Notes: generated by a model not told the origin, from the letters alone. A stretch of DNA of 64,000 nucleotides from Leptolyngbyaceae cyanobacterium C42_A2020_001 (GCA_015272515.1 JACYLN010000024.1:78073-142072), one strand, 5' to 3'. Numbered from the stretch's first letter, positions 18,645 through 28,190 are shown. Program-made: numbers and translations.

Positions 18645-18802
18645 AGAATTTAGGCTCTGGAAAATAAATGAACTAGCAGGCGCGATCGCATCTCAACGGC
18701 AAAGCCACTGTGCCTCACAGCAAATTTGATTTCCCAAACGGCTCAAAGCCTTGTGGAATATCGTTTGTGGAGACTCAGCTAACGACTTATGTTGGTCGCA
18801 TC

Positions 18803-18831
18803 ATTCTCAGTCGAATTTCATCGCTTGTCAA
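18803..18831 (-). promoter_or_regulatory. Candidate sigma70 promoter of DUF2811 copy 1
   Basis: Minus strand reads TTGACA-17 nt-GAGAAT. A direct repeat TGTTGCGA (18832-18839 and 18842-18849) abuts the -35 element. Confidence 0.4.
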
Positions 18832-18974
18832 TGTTGCGAACTGTTGCGAGACGTTTTAGATCAAAAAAAGCTTTACGAGAGAATCGGCATTTGAGGGCAT
18901 TTTTGTTTACTTAACTTCACAAAAACTTGCTTTCAAGCGTTACGTAACCGGGAAAAATCGAAAGTCATCAAGGG

Positions 18975-19100
18975 TGTGGAAAAGTCCCATTCTGTCGTGG
19001 CGCTTGTGGAAAACAAGAAAAAAAGTGTGGAAAACGTGTGGAGAGGGTGTGGAAAAGGACAGATTTTACTGTGGAAAGAGTGTGGATTTTCTGGGGAAAA
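18975..19100. promoter_or_regulatory. Array of 8 co-oriented DnaA-box-like 9-mers (TGTGGAAAA = TTTTCCACA on the minus strand)
   Basis: Boxes start at 18975, 19005, 19026, 19037, 19048, 19070, 19081 and 19092; four are perfect TGTGGAAAA. Confidence 0.75.
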
Positions 19101-19137
19101 ACAAGGCAATTACTAATTTTTGTAAATTTCTAGAATT

Positions 19138-19214
<77 letters not shown>

Positions 19215-19363
19215 AGAAGGATTTTAGATTACAGACTAAGTAGACGAGTCAGGAGTGACCAATTCCCGATTACCAACTACCGATTACTATTGCTAATCAC
19301 TCATCATCAATCTCCAATCCCCAACTCTCACTTTCCTCACCTTCCCCATCTTCACCACCTTCC

Positions 19364-20806
19364 CTATTCTCCGTCGCTGCCTGCCTTCTGCCGCTGATAG
19401 TGTTCCTTAAAAAGCCGTTGCTGAATGCTGTGATCGACGATCGCGTCTGGGTAGCCGCAGCGATCGCGTTCAAAAGACGAGATCTTACCGGAAACCAACT
19501 CTTCAGTATCAACGCTGCGAAGTTCGGGTAGCCACTCGCGGATGTATTCTGCTTCTGGGTCAAATTTCTTTGCCTGGCTGGCTGGGTTGAAGATGCGGAG
19601 GGGTTTGGGGTCCATGCCACTGGATGTGCTCCATTGCCAGCCACCGTTGTTGGCAGAAAGGTCACCATCAATTAGCTTTTGCATGAAGTACTTTTCCCCC
19701 AAACGACCATCTACCAGCAAGTCTTTTGTGAGGAAACTGGCGACAATCATGCGGCAGCGGTTATGCATCCAGCCAATTTCGTTCATCTGGCGCATGGCTG
19801 CATCCACAATGGGGTAACCTGTTCGCCCTTCGCACCAGGCTTGAAACAAGTCATCCTGGTTTGACCAGGGAAAGTTTTTGAAGGGTTGGCGGTAGGGTCC
19901 GTCTGCCAGTTCTGGAAAGAAGAATAGGGCGTGTTGATAAAACTCCCGCCATGCCAGTTCTTGTTGCCAGGTGCGGATGCTGGCGCGGGCTTCGTCGCTG
20001 CGGGTCTGCTCCATTGCCTGGAGGGTGGCTGCCCAAACGGTACGAATCCCGATCGCGCCAAATTTTAGGGCTGCACTGAGTTGGGAGGTGCCGGGATGGG
20101 CGGGAAAGTTGCGTTGTTCTTGATAATCTGTGATGGCGCGATCGCAAAACTCGGCTAACTTCTCGGATGCGCCTGCTTCTCCGGGTTCAATGACCAGGGG
20201 TGTTGTCCGAACAAAGCCCAAATCTTTTGCGGTGGGTAATTCAATGGCTCCTGCTGCACGAGCTAATTCCTGTTCTTTCTCGGTAAGACCGCTTGCCTGG
20301 GTTAGCGTTGCAGCGGGTTTAGCTTTGGCTTTGCTGCTCCAGTTGCGCCAGAAGGGGGTGTAAACCGTGTAGGGTTGTCCTGCTCCGGTGGTAACTTCTT
20401 GGGGGGCATGGAGGAGTTGATCCCAGAAGGGACAGACTTCGATCCCCTGTTCCCGTAAAGCGGCGGCAACGGTGCGATCGCGCGCTCTGCCATACGGCTC
20501 CACATCCTGATTCAGAAAAACGGCTTTGGCATTTAGCGCCGTTGCCAGCTTCACAATTCCCTGGTCGGGCGTTGCCTGCAAAATTAACAGTTGACTGCCT
20601 ACCTCGGCGTATCGTGCTTGCAGCGCTTGCAAACAGCTAATCATATACGTAACTCGTGCCGGAGCCACATCATCTCGCTGCAAAATGTTGGGGTCGAGAC
20701 AAAACACACCCACCACTTTGGGGCTGCGCTGGCGGGCAGCGGCTAGCCCCACGTTGTCTGAAATGCGTAAGTCGCGTCGATGCCAAAATAGAATCAAATC
20801 AGCCAT
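19364..20806 (-). CDS. phrB: Deoxyribodipyrimidine photolyase (class I CPD photolyase)
   Basis: [55 protein letters not shown] and NNGGWQW. Start placed at ATG 20806. Confidence 0.93.
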   Translation of the reverse strand: MADLILFWHRRDLRISDNVGLAAARQRSPKVVGVFCLDPNILQRDDVAPARVTYMISCLQALQARYAEVGSQLLILQATPDQGIVKLATALNAKAVFLNQDVEPYGRARDRTVAAALREQGIEVCPFWDQLLHAPQEVTTGAGQPYTVYTPFWRNWSSKAKAKPAATLTQASGLTEKEQELARAAGAIELPTAKDLGFVRTTPLVIEPGEAGASEKLAEFCDRAITDYQEQRNFPAHPGTSQLSAALKFGAIGIRTVWAATLQAMEQTRSDEARASIRTWQQELAWREFYQHALFFFPELADGPYRQPFKNFPWSNQDDLFQAWCEGRTGYPIVDAAMRQMNEIGWMHNRCRMIVASFLTKDLLVDGRLGEKYFMQKLIDGDLSANNGGWQWSTSSGMDPKPLRIFNPASQAKKFDPEAEYIREWLPELRSVDTEELVSGKISSFERDRCGYPDAIVDHSIQQRLFKEHYQRQKAGSDGE

Positions 20807-20984
20807 GATCATGCCAAAAACCTGTGCTGTAGCCATCCTAATGCCTTTAAGGTAGAGGCGTTTGCGATTCTATGGCTCGGCTTTTGGGTGTAACTTGATG
20901 GCAGGTGTGGGCTTCGACGTGAGCGTCTCGACGGTGAGGCTCGACAGAACCGCTCAGCCGAACGGGTATGGGGTGTAGGGCGGT

Positions 20985-21539
20985 TTAATTGGGTTGGAGG
21001 AAGGGGCGCGCCAGCATGAAGCTACAAATGGATTTTGCGTCGGATAATTCACCGGAGTAGATGGCGCTTTCCACTTCTTGCGGAGTCATTAATACTACGC
21101 TGAGATCTTCATCAATATCTTGTTCAGGTGGGTTTTCTAGCAGTTCTAGATCCTGAGCAAGAAAGGCGTAAATAATTTCGTCGGAGTAACCTGGAGCAAC
21201 AAAGAACTCGCCTAATTTCTGCCAGCGATCGCTGCGGTAACCTGTCTCTTCTTCAATTTCGCGTTTAATAGTTTCTTCGGGGCTTTCATCCAGCTCAATG
21301 GTGCCAGCCGGAAATTCCAGGATGCGGCCCCGTGCCGTAAAGCGATATTGCCGAATCAACACTAGCTTCCCTTCTGGAGTAACTGGAACTGCCAGCGCTC
21401 CACCAGGATGGCGCACACATTCCCATTCACCTTCTGCTTTGTTGGGCAGGCGCAAGCGATTGGCTTCAAACGCAAATTTGCGACCCCGATAGAGAAACCG
21501 TTGTTTCAGCAGTTGGGGCGGTTCGGGACCAAAGGGCAT
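20985..21539 (-). CDS. NUDIX hydrolase (ADP-ribose pyrophosphatase-like)
   Basis: Nudix box EFPAGTIELDESPEETIKREIEEETG. Start placed at ATG 21539. Confidence 0.9.
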   Translation of the reverse strand: MPFGPEPPQLLKQRFLYRGRKFAFEANRLRLPNKAEGEWECVRHPGGALAVPVTPEGKLVLIRQYRFTARGRILEFPAGTIELDESPEETIKREIEEETGYRSDRWQKLGEFFVAPGYSDEIIYAFLAQDLELLENPPEQDIDEDLSVVLMTPQEVESAIYSGELSDAKSICSFMLARPFLQPN

Positions 21540-21670
21540 AGAGAAAGAGAGTAAGGGGTAAGGGGTGACGGGCGGTAAGGACAATGAAAAATTCAAAATG
21601 TAAAATTAAAAGTGGCAAAGCCGTACTGGGAAGCATTTTGAACTTCTAATTTTTAACTTTTCATTTTGAC

Positions 21671-22174
21671 CTAAGTGTGACTTACCTGCTGAACTTCTGA
21701 ACAGTCTACCGCTTGAAGCAGTTGGGCGATCGCTTTTCTGGAAGTTGGCTCTACCCAATCAGGGGCAATTTCTGCCAGGGGCACCAGCACAAAGGCGCGG
21801 TCTGCCATGCGGGGATGGGGGATTTGCAGGGTTGGTGTGTTGAGGATCAGGTCATCGAACAGCAACATATCCAGATCCAGGGTGCGCGGTCCCCAGCGTT
21901 CTCGCCGCACTCGTCCAAACTGTTTTTCTACCGCAAGCAGGGTTTCTAACAGCATGTGGGGAGGCAGGGTAGTTTGCACGATGATGCAGCCATTGAGATA
22001 GTCAGGCTGGGGTGGGCCTACGGCTTTGGTTTGATACCAGTGAGATCGCGCTTCTAAATGAATGGCGGGCGATCGCGCCAGGATAGCAACGGCTGCTTCC
22101 AGGGTGTGTAAAGAGTCGCCAAGATTGCTGCCCAGAGCGATCGCGCAACGGCTCACGGGGTCATCTGCACCCAT
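21671..22174 (-). CDS. folK: 2-amino-4-hydroxy-6-hydroxymethyldihydropteridine diphosphokinase
   Basis: IALGSNLGD, YLNG, RWGPRTLDLDML, PHPRMADRAFVLVPL. Confidence 0.96.
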   Translation of the reverse strand: MGADDPVSRCAIALGSNLGDSLHTLEAAVAILARSPAIHLEARSHWYQTKAVGPPQPDYLNGCIIVQTTLPPHMLLETLLAVEKQFGRVRRERWGPRTLDLDMLLFDDLILNTPTLQIPHPRMADRAFVLVPLAEIAPDWVEPTSRKAIAQLLQAVDCSEVQQVSHT

Positions 22175-22175
22175 G

Positions 22176-23516
22176 TCACACTTTGCTGGGACGCTGAATG
22201 ATCTGTTCTCCCACGCGGCGGCGATCGCTGGAGTTAATTTCTACAATTCGGACATAGCTGCGGGGATATTCTTCTAAGCAGGATTCCAACGCGTGCAGGG
22301 CGATCGCGCCGTCTCCATCGTAGGTGCCGTAACTGTTCCAGGAGCCAGTGCGGAAGCGGCGTTCATCCACGTGTTCAATGCCTAGACGATGCCCCTGCCT
22401 GAGAATCCGATTGGCTTGGGTCACAATGTCTGGAGTCAGGCGAGTACTGGCGGGTTGTCCGGGGTAGCTACTGGCGGGTGGAGGTGGAGCTGGATGAGAT
22501 TGCCCGTTGTTTTTCGCTGCTTCGGTTGGGGGAGCGCTTTTAGATCGGTAGGTGCGGAAAAAATCGCTGGAAGAGTCGTGGGTACTTTCCTGTTTGAGCG
22601 GAAGGGCAGAATCCGTTTCTCCCAGGCGGCGATTGTAGAGAAATTTGTTGTATTCCTGCGCCAAGCCGCTTTCCTGCACCCGTTTTTGTTCCTGCACCAT
22701 CTGGTTGCCCATTTCAATTAGGTGCGGCAGGCTGAAGTCAGGTTTTTTGAATTCGGGAGGCGCTTCTTTGCTGTTGACCACGCGCTGAGATACGCGCTCA
22801 AACCCAACGGCGTGAATAAAGTCGCGAATTTGCTCATCAAACAGGCGCGATCGCAGCGCTCCAAAAAAGTCGATCGCTTGAGTGGGGAAGGTATCAACCA
22901 ATTTTTCGATGTCAGAGTGGGCAATTTGATCCACCTGAAAAATCCCTGCCACAATGCCGATGCGATCGTCCCGACTGGGTTCCCAGTAAAACTTTTCCAT
23001 CCGCCCATCCCGCACCAGCGGTTGATACAGGGTTGAAAAATCGTTTCCAGTGACGATGATGGGGATGCGCTGAATTGGTTCTGAGTCGTAACTGCCGGGA
23101 AGCTGGACATTGGTGGGATTGTCGGCAATGTTCATCAAGGTGCCATTGACCAACTGCGTGTTGACGGTATATTGCGTGTATTGGTCTACGCGTCCGGCTC
23201 CCGCATCAATATCATTAATCATCAAGGCTGCCATCTTGCCACGCACTTTCACCAGTTCCGCTGCTTCTCGATAGCGTAGGCGAATCAGGCGGGCAGGGTC
23301 TCCCGCATCTGGGCTTTCCAGTTCCCCAGCAGACATATGCACCACGTTTATGCCCATGCGCTCAAACGCAAGTTCGCACTGAAAGGATTTGCCTTCGCCT
23401 TTACGCCCATGCACCCCCAAGATGAGCGGCACTTTCATGTTGGGTAAGTCCAGATAATTTTTGGTGATGTGGACCGCGATTTTGTCTAAAAAGCGGGGCG
23501 AAATGTAGAAACTCAT
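22176..23516 (-). CDS. rca: Rubisco activase-like AAA+ protein with a C-terminal RbcS-like (SSUL) domain
   Basis: VPLILGVHGRKGEGKSFQ, ELESPDAGDPARLIR, NDIDAG, DGRMEK, then a linker and the SSUL domain (IEHVDERRFRTGSW...EYPRSYVRIVEI). Confidence 0.92.
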   Translation of the reverse strand: MSFYISPRFLDKIAVHITKNYLDLPNMKVPLILGVHGRKGEGKSFQCELAFERMGINVVHMSAGELESPDAGDPARLIRLRYREAAELVKVRGKMAALMINDIDAGAGRVDQYTQYTVNTQLVNGTLMNIADNPTNVQLPGSYDSEPIQRIPIIVTGNDFSTLYQPLVRDGRMEKFYWEPSRDDRIGIVAGIFQVDQIAHSDIEKLVDTFPTQAIDFFGALRSRLFDEQIRDFIHAVGFERVSQRVVNSKEAPPEFKKPDFSLPHLIEMGNQMVQEQKRVQESGLAQEYNKFLYNRRLGETDSALPLKQESTHDSSSDFFRTYRSKSAPPTEAAKNNGQSHPAPPPPASSYPGQPASTRLTPDIVTQANRILRQGHRLGIEHVDERRFRTGSWNSYGTYDGDGAIALHALESCLEEYPRSYVRIVEINSSDRRRVGEQIIQRPSKV

Positions 23517-23561
23517 AATCTGTGTCGATTGCTCTCAGTCTGGATTGCTTTCAATCCATTA

Positions 23562-24446
23562 TCATTTGTCTTTCTGCACTATGGGATTGATCAAGTCGCT
23601 TAGCCCTTCACCCAACAGGGACAATCCTGTCACCATCAGAGTCATCGCCAGCCCCGGAAAGAGCGTCGTCCACCAAACATCGCCTGTGGAAAGCCCATCC
23701 AGCGCTTGCTTCAAATCGTGTCCCCATTCGGGGGTTTCTTCCGGCAAGCCCAAGCCCAAAAAACCCAACCCACCCAGAATCAGAATAGCATCGGCAATGT
23801 TGAGCGTGAGCAGCACGGGCACACTCTGCACCACGTTGAGAAATAGATAGCGCGTCATCACTCGCCAGGTGGAAGCTCCGATCGCCTGTGCCGCTTCAAC
23901 AAATAACTCATTTTTAACGCTCACGGTTTGGTTGCGAACCAGGCGAAAGTATTGGGGAATGTAAGCAATACTGAGGGCGATCGCCGCATTCAACACGCCA
24001 CGTCCCAACACAAACGCCAGCGTTACTGCAATCAGCAATGTGGGCAGCGTAAACACCGCATCCATCAAAAACACCAGTACCCGGTCTAATCTGCCGCCCA
24101 AATAACCACTCACCATTCCCAGCGGCACCCCTACCCCCAAGCTAAAAAAGGTCGCCAGGATGACCACTAGCCATGCCGCCTGACTACCAAACACGGTGCG
24201 AGAGAACACATCGTAGCCCAGCCGCGTGGTGCCAAACCAGTGCTGCCAGGACGGAGATTGCTGGGGCGGATGATCCAAAAACTCTGTGGGGTCTTGTAGC
24301 CAACCAAGATGCTGAAACAGTGGTGCCAGAAGGGCGATCGCAGCAAAAAACAGGGTGATGATTAACCCAATCCGCGTTAGCCACCCAGATAAATCCCGCT
24401 GGTTAGAAGAACGAAAAAATTGGGCGATCGGCAGGCGCAGCGTCAT
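23562..24446 (-). CDS. Peptide/nickel ABC transporter permease (DppC/OppC-like)
   Basis: HWFGTTRLGYDVFSRT and EAA motif FVEAAQAIGAS. Start placed at ATG 24446, just after the hemJ stop. Confidence 0.9.
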   Translation of the reverse strand: MTLRLPIAQFFRSSNQRDLSGWLTRIGLIITLFFAAIALLAPLFQHLGWLQDPTEFLDHPPQQSPSWQHWFGTTRLGYDVFSRTVFGSQAAWLVVILATFFSLGVGVPLGMVSGYLGGRLDRVLVFLMDAVFTLPTLLIAVTLAFVLGRGVLNAAIALSIAYIPQYFRLVRNQTVSVKNELFVEAAQAIGASTWRVMTRYLFLNVVQSVPVLLTLNIADAILILGGLGFLGLGLPEETPEWGHDLKQALDGLSTGDVWWTTLFPGLAMTLMVTGLSLLGEGLSDLINPIVQKDK

Positions 24447-24447
24447 C

Positions 24448-25056
24448 TTACCCCGGTTGAGCCGAGCTTTCAGAGCTGGCAGCATCAATCGCCGTACCCA
24501 ATTCAGATGCCATGCGCTCTTTATCCAAACGGCGCTTGCGGGCATAAAGCTGAATCGCTGCTGCCATGCCCACCACCATTGCCGCAATCAGCCAGGTTGC
24601 CGCATCGGTCGGGAAATTATTCTTAAACACTGCCAGCATCACAACCGCGACGAACAGCACGGTAGGAAATTCATTGAACCAGCGGAATTGCTGCCCGGTC
24701 ATGCGGCACTCATCAGCCGCCAGCTTTTTCATGATGCGTTTGCAGTAGTGATGATATCCCACTAGCAAGACAACAAATGCCAGTTTGATGTGCATCCAGG
24801 GTTGCTTCAAAACATCGGGTTCCGTGATTACTAGCCCGATCGCCATGGCGATCGTCAGCAGCATCGCCGGAGTCATGATGATGCTATAGAGCCGCTTCTC
24901 CATGACCTGGTATTGATTTTTCAATACAGTGCGGGCAGGTTCCGGTTGCTCATAGGCTTCGGCATGATAAACAAACAGCCGAGGTAGATAAAACATGCCC
25001 GCAAACCAACACACAATGCCGACGATGTGAAATGCTTTGAACCAATAATAAGCCAT
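24448..25056 (-). CDS. hemJ: Protoporphyrinogen IX oxidase HemJ
   Basis: WFKAFHIVGIVCWFAGMFYLPRLFVYH, MEKRLYSIIMTPAM, WMHIKL, RWFNEFPT. Confidence 0.95.
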   Translation of the reverse strand: MAYYWFKAFHIVGIVCWFAGMFYLPRLFVYHAEAYEQPEPARTVLKNQYQVMEKRLYSIIMTPAMLLTIAMAIGLVITEPDVLKQPWMHIKLAFVVLLVGYHHYCKRIMKKLAADECRMTGQQFRWFNEFPTVLFVAVVMLAVFKNNFPTDAATWLIAAMVVGMAAAIQLYARKRRLDKERMASELGTAIDAASSESSAQPG

Positions 25057-25251
25057 GTGAAACCCTCTTATAAATTGGAGATTTTTAGGATTTTAGATGG
25101 AATGAATCTGGAGAGACGGGGATGGGGTACGAGGTATAGGGTGGTATTAACCACAGGATTTGAACCTGTGCAAACCCGATCATGCCTTATTAGAGAACAC
25201 TTTGGCGAAATGTATTGAAATCTAAAATCTAAAATCTCTCATGCTTAAATC

Positions 25252-25452
25252 CTAAGCGGGCTGCTTGAACAGGCTATCGAGATAGACCTGGGCTGCATGG
25301 CGATCGCACCCCCCATTTTGCAGCAGAAACAGAGACACCGCCGCCGAAAATAAGCGGTCTTGGTCCCAATCCGCATGAGAGTCTAAGTAGCGCGAGACTG
25401 AGTCATAGAGTTCTTCAGGGATTTCTGCCAGGATGCTAACGGTAATGTTCAT
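25252..25452 (-). CDS. DUF2811 family small protein, copy 2
   Basis: MNITVSILAEIPEELYDSVSRYLD...WDQDRLFSAAVSLFLLQN...YLDSLF. True start is probably ATG 25452, not 25635. Confidence 0.85.
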   Translation of the reverse strand: MNITVSILAEIPEELYDSVSRYLDSHADWDQDRLFSAAVSLFLLQNGGCDRHAAQVYLDSLFKQPA

Positions 25453-25664
25453 GCGAACCTCTAGTGCTGAACAAGTGAACTGAACAAAATGGACTGAAAC
25501 GCTTTGCAATACACCCTGTTGAAAACCGCAGAGGTGGGTAACCGACAACGATAGAAGCTGGCTTGCAAATCGCTGCTGTTCTCCTGGTGCTGCCCTCATT
25601 ACCTGCACCTGCTGATGCGAAATCAGCCGATGCAAACACGAGCATTGCGGAGGTAAGTCGCCTC

Positions 25665-25694
25665 ATTTTGTCCAGCCCGAGGCTAAGTTGTCAA
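25665..25694 (-). promoter_or_regulatory. Candidate sigma70 promoter of DUF2811 copy 2
   Basis: Minus strand reads TTGACA-18 nt-CAAAAT. Confidence 0.35.
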
Positions 25695-25868
25695 CGGAGT
25701 GAAAATGCGTAGTGTGAGGCTGGGGGAAACACCTGCTTATGAAAGAATCGGGGTTTGAATGCGATCCCCGTTACATATCTCAATATTCTTGAAATGGTTT
25801 CTGCCTGGGACATTATGCTATCCCGATACTGCTCAAAACCCCCCGAACGTCCATTTCTCGTTCTCCCC

Positions 25869-25953
25869 TGTGGAAAACTCTTTAAAACCTGTGGAAAAAA
25901 TTGGGGAAATCTGTGGAAAGTTTGTGGAAACTCTGTGGAATGCGTGGGGAAAA
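25869..25953. promoter_or_regulatory. Second array of 7 co-oriented DnaA-box-like 9-mers
   Basis: Boxes start at 25869, 25890, 25902, 25912, 25923, 25934 and 25945; two are perfect TGTGGAAAA. Confidence 0.75.
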
Positions 25954-26068
25954 TTGAGGTAAAGGATAAGAATTGCAAAAATATTGAACACCACTAAATC
26001 TGGAAATCTTTTTTAGTAGAAAAGCTTTGACAACTTGCTTAAACCAGTCGCATGAAGATTTAATCTCT

Positions 26069-28048
26069 CTAAACCCTTGCCACGACTCCGCGACTTTCTT
26101 GAGCAAGACGATTCACGGCGCAAAGAGCATAGGTTCCGGGGGAAACGGCAAGGGTTTGTACCGTGGCTGGCAGGATGCGTTCTAGCAACCATTGGTTTCC
26201 GCTCTGGCGATACAACGTCCACGATCGCACTTCAGCCGTTGCCGGGTTCCAGGACAAAGTGCCGCTTGCAGATCTAACGCCCGTGGGGGGTGAGAGAACA
26301 GGCGCAGTTAGCCAGGGAATCACAGGAGCGAGGGTGGGTGTGCGATAGGTGACGGTGCGGAAGCGATCGCTCACCCCCTCTCGATTCTCCAAGATCGTAT
26401 TCATGCTGAAGAAGATATTGCCCAGCACTTCTGGAGCGGTAACCTGACGAGTAATTTCAATCTGACGCTCAATTTCCGCCAGTTCCCAGGCTTTCCCATC
26501 CAATTGAGCAATGTTGTTCCCGATGTAAAGGTGGCGTTGTTTGGGATTATTACTGGCCCACCAGTTGAGCAACACGGGGTAACTCTGGGCAGGTGGATCG
26601 ATGCGCCAATACAGTTGCGGTGCAAGATAATCGACCCAGCCCTGTTGCAGCCATTTCAGCGCATCGGCATAGAGCTGTTCATAGGCATCCAAGCCTTGAA
26701 TTTGCGGCGGTTGTCCGGGGCGATAAATCCCAAACGGGCTGATGCCAAACTTGACATGGGGCTTGGCGGCACGGATGCCATTGGCAAGTCGCTGAATCAG
26801 TTGATTCACATTTTCTCTACGCCAATCGCCAAGTGACAGAGTACCGCCGTTATTGCGATAAGCCTGATAGGTTTTGCTGTCGGGAAAACTCTGTCCGGCG
26901 ATGGGGTAGGGGTAAAAGTAATCGTCCAGATGAATGCCGTCCACGTCATAACGCCGCACCACATCCATAATCACGGTATAGGTGCGGTCTTGCACAATTT
27001 TTGCGCCGGGGTCCATCCAGAGTTGAGTGCCCCACTCGTAAACCACGTCTGGATTGGTGGCGGCAATGTGGGGACGCACGTTCACCGTATTGCGAGAGGT
27101 GCGGGCACGATACGGGTTAAACCAGGCATGAAGTTCAATGTTGCGTTTGTGGCACTCGGCGATCGCAAATGCCAGCGGGTCGTACAGTGGATTGGGTGCC
27201 TGCCCTTGCGTTCCCGTTAGCCAGTTGCTCCACGGGTCGCTGGATGATTGGTACAAGGCATCGCCTTCGGGACGCACCTGGAGAATCAACGCATTGAAAT
27301 TGCTGGCTTGCAGTTGCTCCAAAATCCTGATGAATTCTGCTTGCTGCTGCTGGGATGATAAACCCGCTTTGGAGGGCCAATCCTTATTCCAAACGGAAGT
27401 AATCCAGGCGGCGCGAAATTCTCGACGATGGCTGACTTGCACAGTTTGCACAGGCGACCATTGCACAATGTAGGGAGAGGCGATCGCAGGTGCCTGATTC
27501 AACGCCATCAAGCACTGGTAGACAAAGGCTGAAACTTCGGCGCGGGTGGTGGGCTGGGTGGGGCGCAGGCGGCGCAGGGCAGGATAATTCACCACAATTT
27601 GGTTAGCCGTAGCCGTGGCGATCGCGCTGCTTGCCCACGCTGGAATTTGGGCCGCATCTTCGTACACATTCGGCAGGGAAACGGTTTCTGAGGTGGTGAA
27701 ACCCAATCCACCTACCAATGACACCAACGTATGTGCCCGTGGAATTTGCTCATTCGGGCGGAACTGCTGTCCTGGGAAGCCACTTAAGAAACCTGTTTCG
27801 TATGCCCAGCGAATTGCACTAATCGCCCAAAAGTTGGCTGGTACATCTACAAACGGCACATAGGGGCGGCTTCCGGTTCGAGGGAAGGCAGTTTGCAGCA
27901 TTACAGAAAATTCTGCCCGCGTTACGCCCTGTTCTGGACGAAAGGTGCCATCGGGAAACCCACGAATGATATTGCGTTGGGCTAATCCTTCGATAAATGG
28001 GCGGGCCCAGTGAGTTTGCACATCCGAAAAACGGGCAGAAGCAACCAT
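26069..28048 (-). CDS. SLH-domain protein fused to a glycoside hydrolase-like family 10 (DUF187/YddW-like) domain
   Basis: Three SLH repeats (FSDVQTHWA...GFPDGTFRP...TRAE), then EFRAAWI, QVRPEGDA, HAWFNPYR, DGIHLDDYFYPY and PQLYW. Confidence 0.9.
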   Translation of the reverse strand: MVASARFSDVQTHWARPFIEGLAQRNIIRGFPDGTFRPEQGVTRAEFSVMLQTAFPRTGSRPYVPFVDVPANFWAISAIRWAYETGFLSGFPGQQFRPNEQIPRAHTLVSLVGGLGFTTSETVSLPNVYEDAAQIPAWASSAIATATANQIVVNYPALRRLRPTQPTTRAEVSAFVYQCLMALNQAPAIASPYIVQWSPVQTVQVSHRREFRAAWITSVWNKDWPSKAGLSSQQQQAEFIRILEQLQASNFNALILQVRPEGDALYQSSSDPWSNWLTGTQGQAPNPLYDPLAFAIAECHKRNIELHAWFNPYRARTSRNTVNVRPHIAATNPDVVYEWGTQLWMDPGAKIVQDRTYTVIMDVVRRYDVDGIHLDDYFYPYPIAGQSFPDSKTYQAYRNNGGTLSLGDWRRENVNQLIQRLANGIRAAKPHVKFGISPFGIYRPGQPPQIQGLDAYEQLYADALKWLQQGWVDYLAPQLYWRIDPPAQSYPVLLNWWASNNPKQRHLYIGNNIAQLDGKAWELAEIERQIEITRQVTAPEVLGNIFFSMNTILENREGVSDRFRTVTYRTPTLAPVIPWLTAPVLSPPTGVRSASGTLSWNPATAEVRSWTLYRQSGNQWLLERILPATVQTLAVSPGTYALCAVNRLAQESRGVVARV

Positions 28049-28190
28049 GAGTTTGCAGATGATTTTTTCCCTCCCATTAAATACCTGCCCAGTACAAATG
28101 GAGGAATGAATCTTGGTGCGTTACGCGATCGCTACAAAATCGGCGATCAACTATATTGCAAGAGAACCATTAACAATATGGAATAGCCAG

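Noticed and set aside
25142-25170. tRNA-like 3' end on the minus strand (ACAGG-TTCAAAT-CCTGT-GGTTAAT-A-CCA)
   Set aside because: The T-arm and CCA look convincing, but no anticodon stem, D-arm or matching 5' acceptor strand can be formed upstream, so it is not a tRNA gene. It could at most be a chance hairpin or a decayed remnant.
25453-25635. 61-aa N-terminal extension of DUF2811 copy 2
   Set aside because: Similarity to copy 1 begins at MNITVS (25452); the upstream part is more likely untranslated leader.
25700-25730. Yfr2-like sRNA start (GTGTGAGG...GGAAACA)
   Set aside because: Only one GGAAACA motif and no convincing downstream structure or terminator; too weak to call.
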